Assembly: GCA_048941285.1 (NCBI GenBank)
Contig: JBHLNS010000008.1
Coordinates: 30,009 to 94,008 of the forward strand
DNA: 64,000 bases
Direction of reading: 5' to 3'
Source: Promethearchaeota archaeon
Lineage (GTDB): Archaea; Asgardarchaeota; Lokiarchaeia; Sigyniarchaeales; SOKP01
The stretch's first letter is position 1; each line of letters begins with the position of its first letter. Of this stretch, positions 45,421-52,769 are shown piece after piece. Made by a program: the position numbers and the translations under genes. The notes below the pieces were generated by a model. That model did no database searches. It saw only the letters and a program-made list of their open reading frames with translations, and was not told the origin of the DNA.

Positions 45421-45993
45421 ATGAAGAGATATGATGCAATAAAAAGAATTGTAGAAGGATTAAATGATGAGCTAATCATTTGTAATCTAGGGGCACCTTC
45501 CAGAGAGTTATATGATATCTTGGATCGAAAAGAAAATTTTTATATGTTAGGTTCAATGGGCTTATCAAGTTCTATTGCATTTGGAGTCTCAATTTCTCAA
45601 CCTATGAGAAAAATAATTTGTATTGATGGCGATGGCTCGATTCTAATGAATCTTGGCAGTTTAAGCACTATAGCGAATAATAACCCAAATAATTTAACTC
45701 TAATTGTTATTGATAATTCATCTTATGGATCAACTGGAGATCAAAAGACGTACACAAGTAATAAAACAAGATTGGAGATTATAGCTAAAGGTGCTGGATT
45801 TAATTCAATCGCAGTTATAGATAAAGAGGAACAGATTACTCCATTCATTGAAAATTTAGAATCTGGATGTAATTTTGTACTTATTAAAACTGAAGCAGGA
45901 AATGCACCAGTAGAAAACGTCCCATTGCTCCCAGAAGAAATAAAAAGGAGATTTAAAGATGCAATTTCTAAAAAAAGTGAGATTTCGTTTTAA
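45421..45993 (+). CDS. Sulfopyruvate/phosphonopyruvate decarboxylase-like TPP enzyme, beta (ComE-like) subunit
   Basis: TPP-binding motif GSMGLSSSIAFG ... IDGDGSILMNLGSL ... VIDNSSYGSTG. It starts 1 nt after the alpha-subunit stop. Confidence 0.75.
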   Translation: MKRYDAIKRIVEGLNDELIICNLGAPSRELYDILDRKENFYMLGSMGLSSSIAFGVSISQPMRKIICIDGDGSILMNLGSLSTIANNNPNNLTLIVIDNSSYGSTGDQKTYTSNKTRLEIIAKGAGFNSIAVIDKEEQITPFIENLESGCNFVLIKTEAGNAPVENVPLLPEEIKRRFKDAISKKSEISF

Positions 45994-46061
45994 CCATAAT
46001 TTTAATTAAGAAAATACCTATTATTTTTTTAGAAATATTAATTAAATTAGGTTTTAATGAA

Positions 46062-47681
46062 ATGTCTGAGGAATTTAAAAAAACTAGAAATGACGATGAT
46101 TCTAAAAAAAAAAATTTAGAAACTAATTCAGAAAAACAAAAAATTGAAGAAGAGAAGCAAATAGAAAAAATAAGTAAACCCGTTGTTATCAGAGCAGATG
46201 CTTATAAGACAATAATTCTATACGCAAGTAGATATGCAAATAAATCAATTCTACCTGAAGAGTGGAAAGAAATATATGGAATTTTGATTGGTAAAGCTGA
46301 TGGGGAATTAGTCTATGTAGAAAGTGCTGAAGCTTTAACATTTGGGCATGCTACAGATGTCCAATTAGATGAAAGGCATTATGGATTTATTGAGGAAATA
46401 CAAGAAAAACTAGATAAAGAAGGAAAAAAGTATTATATGGTAGGGTGGTTCCATAGTCATCCAGGTTTGAATTTATTTTTTTCCTACATAGATATAATTA
46501 ACCAATTAGGTTTTCAACAAAATAATAATGATTTTTGTGGGTTAGTCTTTGATCACACACTATTAGGAAATAAAAAAGAAGAAATCCAAAAAAGGGAAGA
46601 TGGTTCTGAATATACTATGACTAAGTATGATACCGGCTTTGAGATATATAGAATAACCAATGTCGATATGGACATTAATGATCCAGAATTTGATAATAAT
46701 TATCATAAAGTAGATTACGTAATAGATGGATTAAATAAATATTTTTTCGCAAATGTTTTATCTGAGCTATCTGCTTTAGTGACTGAAGGAAAACCTTTAC
46801 AATCTGCTTATAAAGAAGAATTTGCATTAGATAAAAATACTCAAGCACCATCAAGTGAAAGAATATTGGAAAGAGAACAGAATTATCATTATACATCGAA
46901 TCAAAGTGATTTTTCGAATAAAGATTTATTAACTGAAATTCCTATGACCGAAGATATTGCATTTGGGGTCGATGATTTTTTTTATGAAGGCACAGCAGAG
47001 AGAAAAAAACAAAGAGAGAAAAATAAAAAAGAAGAAGCTGAAGAATTGATTTATGAAGGAAATTTAGCTTTTAAAAAAAAAGATGCTATTACTGGAGTTG
47101 AAAAATTCAGACAAGGGATTGAGAAGTATAGAGAAATTGGAGATTTTGAGAGAGTTCTAGAATTATTAAGAACAGTTACTCAAATATGTATTTCTAATGA
47201 ACATCTACCTATTGCTGAGGAATTTGCTGACGATTTATTTAAACTCGCTAAAAAGCAAAACCAGCGATTTTATTTAGGAGTTGCATATTATATTAAAGGA
47301 TATTTACTATTAAAAATGGGAGATAATGAGGTTTTAGAAGAAGCGTTACATAAAATTCAAGATGCTGCTATAAATTTTGAAAGAGAAAGCGATTTTGCTG
47401 GCGCAGGAATGTGTTTTAATAAGATTGGCTCAATTTATCAATCGCGACTTAATAAATTAGAAAATGCTTGTCTTTTTTATAGAGCAGCAATAGAAAATTT
47501 TAATAAAGCTATTTTAAAAACTCATCCATTAAGAACCGATTTTTGGAATAAACCAGAATTGCTTACTCAAAAAGTAGTAGAATTACGAGATATAGTTGAG
47601 GAGCTTTTGCCTAATTTAGAAAATGTTGATTTAAGGAAAAAAATAATTAAGGATCTCAAAAATCTACGTTTTAATTTTTAG
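46062..47681 (+). CDS. JAB/MPN+ (JAMM) metalloprotease with C-terminal TPR-like helical domain
   Basis: Upstream Glu (EEWKEIYGILIG) and JAMM motif GWFHSHPGLNLFFSYID (HxH-x7-S-xx-D). The C-terminal ~230 aa has TPR-like periodicity (LIYEGNLAFKKKDAITGVEKFRQGIEKYREIGDF...). Confidence 0.8.
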   Translation: MSEEFKKTRNDDDSKKKNLETNSEKQKIEEEKQIEKISKPVVIRADAYKTIILYASRYANKSILPEEWKEIYGILIGKADGELVYVESAEALTFGHATDVQLDERHYGFIEEIQEKLDKEGKKYYMVGWFHSHPGLNLFFSYIDIINQLGFQQNNNDFCGLVFDHTLLGNKKEEIQKREDGSEYTMTKYDTGFEIYRITNVDMDINDPEFDNNYHKVDYVIDGLNKYFFANVLSELSALVTEGKPLQSAYKEEFALDKNTQAPSSERILEREQNYHYTSNQSDFSNKDLLTEIPMTEDIAFGVDDFFYEGTAERKKQREKNKKEEAEELIYEGNLAFKKKDAITGVEKFRQGIEKYREIGDFERVLELLRTVTQICISNEHLPIAEEFADDLFKLAKKQNQRFYLGVAYYIKGYLLLKMGDNEVLEEALHKIQDAAINFERESDFAGAGMCFNKIGSIYQSRLNKLENACLFYRAAIENFNKAILKTHPLRTDFWNKPELLTQKVVELRDIVEELLPNLENVDLRKKIIKDLKNLRFNF

Positions 47682-47780
47682 ACTAAATTTTTGAAAAAAA
47701 CTATTTTCTTAATCTGCAATCCAAAAAAATTAAATTTTAGGAAAGACTATTTTACTTACTTCTTTTAGTGATTTTGAATT

Positions 47781-48464
47781 ATGCCCAGACGAAAACAAAA
47801 AATAAAATATTCAAGAAAAATTGCGTGTAAAAATCTCGAGCCAAAAGGTAATATAAGTAATAGCCTTCAATCTTTGTGTTATTGTAACGCCAGAGAACTC
47901 ATTTTAGGCTCTCGTGCTTATGTTTGCCAAGTATGTGAATTATATGACACAGGTAAAAATAATAGGCGTTTTTCTGAAGTATATGAAGAGAGTAAAAGGA
48001 TTGCGGAAAAGAAAATTAAAGAAAAAGAAATTAAATTAGAAGAATTTGAAATTGCTGAAATAACGTCCGAGGATGAAATTGATTTATCGATTGATGAGTT
48101 TGAAGAAGAAGATGAAGAAGCACCTTTAAAATTTGAGAGAAGAAAAGCTGGAAAAGCTGGTTTAGAAGACTCAGAAGAACTAGAGGGATCTACAGAATGT
48201 CCCTTCTGCGGTGATTTCTTTGTCGATTTAGCATCACACATTCAAAATTGTGAGTTTGCACCTGATGATGCTAGTGTAGAGGATATTATGCCTTCAAAAC
48301 CAAAAAAAAAAAAGAAGAAAGTAAGTACTGAATCAGAAGGAAAATCTACCGAATCTACTGATAAAAAGAAATGTCCTTACTGTGGAAAGGAATTTGTTCG
48401 ACTTGGTCGCCATATAAGTTCTTGTTCAAAAAAGCCTGCTGATGCAGAAATTGATGAGGAATAA
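47781..48464 (+). CDS. Acidic/basic low-complexity protein with two C2HC (UBZ4 / zf-C2HC_2-like) zinc fingers
   Basis: CPFCGDFFVDLASHIQNC (48198-48251) and CPYCGKEFVRLGRHISSC (48372-48425), both C-x2-C-x9-H-x3-C. An N-terminal Cys-rich region is also present. Confidence 0.6.
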   Translation: MPRRKQKIKYSRKIACKNLEPKGNISNSLQSLCYCNARELILGSRAYVCQVCELYDTGKNNRRFSEVYEESKRIAEKKIKEKEIKLEEFEIAEITSEDEIDLSIDEFEEEDEEAPLKFERRKAGKAGLEDSEELEGSTECPFCGDFFVDLASHIQNCEFAPDDASVEDIMPSKPKKKKKKVSTESEGKSTESTDKKKCPYCGKEFVRLGRHISSCSKKPADAEIDEE

Positions 48465-48501
48465 AATCTACTAAAATATTATAGCGCTTTTTTATTTAAT
48501 A

Positions 48502-49428
48502 ATGAAAAACAAGGAAGAAACCATCTACCTTTGTCATCCTGTTTTTAGACCGCCATCCGAAGCTTATTCTTTATTAATTCAATTAACTGAGGGTTGTACA
48601 TTTAAATGCGACTTCTGTATGTCAAATCTTCGTAAAAATTTTTTAGTGAGAGATATAAAATTAGTTAAAAAAGATTTGGACGTTGCTAGGAAGCAATATG
48701 GATCAAACATAAGAAAAATTTTTTTCTTAAATGGAAATGCCATGGTTACGCCTACAGATAAGTTATTAGAAGTAATCAAATATGCATTTTCACTTTTTCC
48801 TCATTTAGAAAGGTGCGGAGTTTATGCTCATTCTAAAGATATACTTAAAAAATCAGAAGAACAGTTAAAAATGTTATATGATGCGGGCCTTAAAATTGCT
48901 TATGTTGGTTTTGAGTCTGGTTCTGATAATTTACTTGAAATGGTACATAAGCAAGCTAATAAATTAGATCATATTAATGCATCAAAAAAATTGATGAAAG
49001 CGGGAATAACTTTATCAGCAACATTAATAAATGGACTTGGTGGTGGAGATAATCCCGAAATTTCAAAAGAGCATGCTTTAGAATCAGCTGATTTAATTAA
49101 TAAAATATGTCCTGATGATAATAGGACTTGGTATATCGCATTTCTTACACTCATGGTTCCTACAGGGACTGAAATCTTTAAGAAAAAGGTCAGTGGAAAG
49201 TTTGTAGAAATGAAATCAATGGATATCCTTCAAGAATTAAAAACTTTTATAAGTCACATTAATTTTCAAAATAAAGATGCTAATTGTATCTTCCGAAGTA
49301 ATCACGCATCAAATTATTTGCCCATTAAGGGAATTTTAGATCGAGAAAAAGAAAATATCTTAAGTACCATAAATTATGGAATAACACATAAAGGAATTTT
49401 AAGACCAGAGTTTTATAGAGGATTATAA
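48502..49428 (+). CDS. Radical SAM protein (canonical CX3CX2C), paralog of 36805-37713
   Basis: FRPPSEAYSLLIQLTEGCTFKCDFCMS, FLNGNAM, YVGFESGS. Colinear with the other copy. Confidence 0.75.
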   Translation: MKNKEETIYLCHPVFRPPSEAYSLLIQLTEGCTFKCDFCMSNLRKNFLVRDIKLVKKDLDVARKQYGSNIRKIFFLNGNAMVTPTDKLLEVIKYAFSLFPHLERCGVYAHSKDILKKSEEQLKMLYDAGLKIAYVGFESGSDNLLEMVHKQANKLDHINASKKLMKAGITLSATLINGLGGGDNPEISKEHALESADLINKICPDDNRTWYIAFLTLMVPTGTEIFKKKVSGKFVEMKSMDILQELKTFISHINFQNKDANCIFRSNHASNYLPIKGILDREKENILSTINYGITHKGILRPEFYRGL

Positions 49429-49441
49429 ACTATTATAAATT

Positions 49442-50191
49442 TTAAAATCTTGATTTTTTAAATATTATTTCTTGAGTTCCAGACTCATAATCTTCTATCG
49501 GACTTCTAGGTTGTTCTCTTATAAGATTAATAAAATTCATTAGCTGATTTTGGTTAATAGCCATCATTTTAGAAAGAAAGGAAATTGGAATTTTATCAAA
49601 TTGTTTTGAAAATTCGAACAACTTTTCTTTTATTAAATTTTGATAAGTTAATAGTATCAGCATCTTCAAATTTGGGAAATTTTCATATTTGATTGCTTTT
49701 ACAAATTCTAATATCTTATCAGAAGCATCATAGTAATTTAGGACTTTATAGCAACTTAAAATTTCATACATTTTTTTAATAAATTTGAAATATTTATTAA
49801 TCTTAATACTAATATCTCTTAAATTATATTTATCAATTTTTTGGTCAATATCATTTTTTAACATGGCTAATAATTTCGAGAAATTTTCAAGATTAGATTC
49901 ATTGAGTTTTTCTCTTAATAGATTGTTGAAACGGCGTTCATAAATTGTTCTTTGATTGAATAATTGTGTTCTTACTTGATTAGTTAATTCATTAAATTCT
50001 ATTAGTTCTTTTTTAATATTATAAACTTCTTGGTGTTCTTCAAGTAATACTAATGCAGATCTTACTTTTTCTAAAGCAGAATTATAATCCCCATCATTTA
50101 CTTTCTTTATAATGAGAGATTTATAAAAATCTAATTCATGTACAAGATCCTTTTTGTTTTTAAAATTTTCAATATTGTAATTGGTACCCAT
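49442..50191 (-). CDS. Helical-repeat protein with C-terminal winged-helix; possible PCI-like domain
   Basis: 249 aa. Helical hairpins followed by KIPISFLSKMMAINQNQLMNFINLIREQPRSPIEDYESGTQEIIFKK, which fits the PCI winged-helix pattern (label...ls...v...l..mI......a.ID...g.v.F). Inference only. Confidence 0.35.
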   Translation of the reverse strand: MGTNYNIENFKNKKDLVHELDFYKSLIIKKVNDGDYNSALEKVRSALVLLEEHQEVYNIKKELIEFNELTNQVRTQLFNQRTIYERRFNNLLREKLNESNLENFSKLLAMLKNDIDQKIDKYNLRDISIKINKYFKFIKKMYEILSCYKVLNYYDASDKILEFVKAIKYENFPNLKMLILLTYQNLIKEKLFEFSKQFDKIPISFLSKMMAINQNQLMNFINLIREQPRSPIEDYESGTQEIIFKKSRF

Positions 50192-50300
50192 ATCCCTTAT
50201 ATTAAAATATCGATATTCTATATTCTTATTTATACCTAATTAGTATAGATACAAAATTTAAATTTAATATTATTCATTTACTAAAACATTTAATTGAATA

Positions 50301-50945
50301 TTGGTGAAAATTTTAAGTATGAAAAAAATAACCTTAATTGTTGGTTCTCCCCGTAAAAACAAAAGTTGTAATTATTTAGTTGATAAAGCAATTGATGGTA
50401 TTAGAACTATAAACGGAGAATTTAAAGTAGAGAAAATTTTTATTACAGACTATAAATTAACCCCTTGTAATGGATGTGATCAATGTCTAAGACCTCCAAA
50501 TGATTGTCCATTAGCTAAAGATGACGACACATATGATTTAGAAGCTATAATTTTGGGATCAGATGCCTTAATAATAGCAGCCCCCAATTATTTTGGATCG
50601 GTGAGTTCTCAGATTAAAGTCTTAATAGATCGATCTAGGCCGTGGAAAATGAAGAATTACTTGTTAAAAGATGTAATTTTTGCTCCAATGGCAGCCACTG
50701 GTTTAAGAAATGGAGGTGAAGGCGCGATATCTGATTTAATTAATTTTGCTCTCATTCATGGAATGATTGTTATAGGAAATGCTTTAGGAAGCCCTATAAT
50801 TGAAGGAAATATCCCAATTACTAGCTTACAAAAACATAAACTAAAGGAATTTTTAGCAAGAGATGAAGTTGATGAATTAGGAGGTCTGATTGCTAAAGAC
50901 CTTGGGAAAAGAGTTGCTGAATTTTTACTAAAAATCAATAAATAA
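50301..50945 (+). CDS. Iron-sulfur flavoprotein / NADPH-dependent FMN reductase family
   Basis: Flavodoxin-like ITLIVGSPRKNKSCNYL, compact Cys motif CNGCDQCLRPPNDCP, APNYFGSVSSQIK. Confidence 0.75.
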   Translation: MVKILSMKKITLIVGSPRKNKSCNYLVDKAIDGIRTINGEFKVEKIFITDYKLTPCNGCDQCLRPPNDCPLAKDDDTYDLEAIILGSDALIIAAPNYFGSVSSQIKVLIDRSRPWKMKNYLLKDVIFAPMAATGLRNGGEGAISDLINFALIHGMIVIGNALGSPIIEGNIPITSLQKHKLKEFLARDEVDELGGLIAKDLGKRVAEFLLKINK

Positions 50946-50969
50946 TTAGAAAGTATGTATAGTACAGTT

Positions 50970-51371
50970 TTAATTACGTGCACCACATAAAGAACACGTT
51001 TCAGCATCACCAATAGGATTGCCACAATCTTTACATCGTCTAATCTCATCAATAATATCTTTTCCTTCACGTAATTCCATTTTATCTTCAAAATCCTCTA
51101 CTTTTTCTTTTGAAAAGATACTACCTGGACGATCACCCGGCCAAATTATATTTATAATCATACCCAATACTATTAAAGCTACACAAATAACTATAAATAA
51201 GGTTAAGTCTCCACCTAGATTTTGTTGAAGGAATCCAACTACAACAATAATCCAATCTTGCATCCACTGTCCAATAGGGGCAAGAATTGGCATTAGAAAC
51301 GTTAAGATTGCCCCAATAATATCTGCAAGAACTTGATAAAAATCTGTTGTTTGTAAAATCAATCTTTTCAC
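50970..51371 (-). CDS. Membrane protein with C-terminal cytoplasmic zinc ribbon
   Basis: 133 aa. Three hydrophobic helices then CKDCGNPIGDAETCSLCGA. Last gene of a tightly spaced three-gene unit. Confidence 0.5.
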   Translation of the reverse strand: MKRLILQTTDFYQVLADIIGAILTFLMPILAPIGQWMQDWIIVVVGFLQQNLGGDLTLFIVICVALIVLGMIINIIWPGDRPGSIFSKEKVEDFEDKMELREGKDIIDEIRRCKDCGNPIGDAETCSLCGARN

Positions 51372-51376
51372 TCCTA

Positions 51377-51856
51377 TTATGCTTTCATTCTATCTTCTCT
51401 AATTTTCTCTCTATTAATGGTAAAATCTAATATATCATACACTTTTATAACAATTGTAAGAAAATATATTCCCATATATATTAAAACCATCTGTTGAATA
51501 TCCAAAGAGAAAAATCCAAAACCTGCGATTGTAAACTTTATATCAGTCGCACCAGAAAATTTGTAACTCCATATATATAAACAATTAACAATAACTTGAA
51601 TCAAAGCAAACACAGCTTTTCGGATTGATTTTTTAGGGGATGAGTGTGCGAAAAAGGCACATCCACAAATAATCAATCCAAATGCAGGTACCCAGAATAA
51701 TATATTTTGATAATCTTGTTGTTCAAAATCTAATGGAAAACCTTGGATTGTCAATTGGAAAAACCATGAGAATGTAATTAACGGAATTATGATTGTAATA
51801 ACGGCATATAAAATGGTGTAAAGAAAACCTCTTAGCATATTTTTAAAAGATCCCAT
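51377..51856 (-). CDS. Four-helix integral membrane protein
   Basis: 159 aa, four hydrophobic segments. 5-nt gap to the next gene and 12-nt gap from the previous one. Confidence 0.5.
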   Translation of the reverse strand: MGSFKNMLRGFLYTILYAVITIIIPLITFSWFFQLTIQGFPLDFEQQDYQNILFWVPAFGLIICGCAFFAHSSPKKSIRKAVFALIQVIVNCLYIWSYKFSGATDIKFTIAGFGFFSLDIQQMVLIYMGIYFLTIVIKVYDILDFTINREKIREDRMKA

Positions 51857-51868
51857 GTTTTACACCTC

Positions 51869-52435
51869 TTAAGGAAATCCTCCTACAGGAATATTAATAA
51901 AACCTATTGTTAAAGAATATAATCCTATGGAATAATCTAAACTGATAGTGAAATTGGCGATAAATATAACCGCGGGAGGCCCTACAGATTGATCTACATC
52001 TGTAGTAAAATTGAATGAAGGGGGAAAATTAAAGTCACTAAAAATTCCAGTAAAATTGAAGTTTCCTGTTGTACCTTTGGGTATTTTTCCAAAATTTTGG
52101 GTTTTATTAAATATTTTAATTACACGTGATTGGTTAACACCTATCACAGGATAATCAACGTGACTATAATTCATAGCAAGATCGATTCTTAGTTTAAAAT
52201 TATCCATATCAAAATACCCTGCATTGGTTAGATTGAATGGTAAAGTGAAGTTAATATTTAATGAAATAGGATTAAAATTCATATCAATTTCACGAGGATC
52301 TATTCCAATATTATCTGGATTTAAAAGAATCATAAATGCAGACATTCCACCAAGTATAGAAACTATCGTTACTGATAAAGTCAATAAAGATATAAAAATT
52401 CTAAATATAGTTCTGAAAACTCGCGAAACTCGCAT
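51869..52435 (-). CDS. N-terminally anchored beta-rich protein (possible LEA-2/NDR1-HIN1-like fold)
   Basis: 188 aa. One N-terminal TM helix, then alternating-pattern beta-rich sequence with many NxS/T sequons. The fold assignment is a guess. Confidence 0.4.
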   Translation of the reverse strand: MRVSRVFRTIFRIFISLLTLSVTIVSILGGMSAFMILLNPDNIGIDPREIDMNFNPISLNINFTLPFNLTNAGYFDMDNFKLRIDLAMNYSHVDYPVIGVNQSRVIKIFNKTQNFGKIPKGTTGNFNFTGIFSDFNFPPSFNFTTDVDQSVGPPAVIFIANFTISLDYSIGLYSLTIGFINIPVGGFP

Positions 52436-52769
52436 AATACTTGAAAGCTAATGTTTTAATTTAATTTGAAGACTTAAGTTAACTTTTATTAGACTTATTA
52501 TGCATATAAATTTTATATTTATATTTGTTAACTATTTGAGCTCATTTAAATCGTATAATTGAATCGGTATTTGGATATTTTGACAAGATTATAAAAAACC
52601 AAATCATTTGTAGGATTTTTGTTTTTCAATTTTAGAAAGTTCTCAGTTTTTAGAAATAAAAATTCTTTATTAATCAGTATAATTGAATTTAAATTTAACA
52701 ATTAAATAATTAGAATATAGGAAAAATATTTTTTTTTTCAAAAACATTATAAAAAAAACTGATATAATT

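Noticed and set aside
44904-45993. Reading the ComD/ComE-like genes as evidence for coenzyme M biosynthesis or methanogenesis
   Set aside because: No other CoM or methanogenesis genes are in the window. The family also includes phosphonopyruvate and other 2-oxoacid decarboxylases, so substrate cannot be assigned by eye.
47717-47728. Shared 12-mer CAATCCAAAAAA downstream of two plus-strand genes (also at 61449-61460)
   Set aside because: The flanks diverge quickly. Some repeated 12-mer is expected in 64 kb of AT-rich DNA. There are only two copies and no secondary-structure potential.
47918-48241. 107-aa serine-rich ORF antisense to the C2HC zinc-finger gene, and the similar 135-aa ORF at 426-833 antisense to the coiled-coil gene
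   Set aside because: Poly-Ser/Phe products are the mirror image of GAA/AAG-rich (E/K) coding sequence. No independent support exists.
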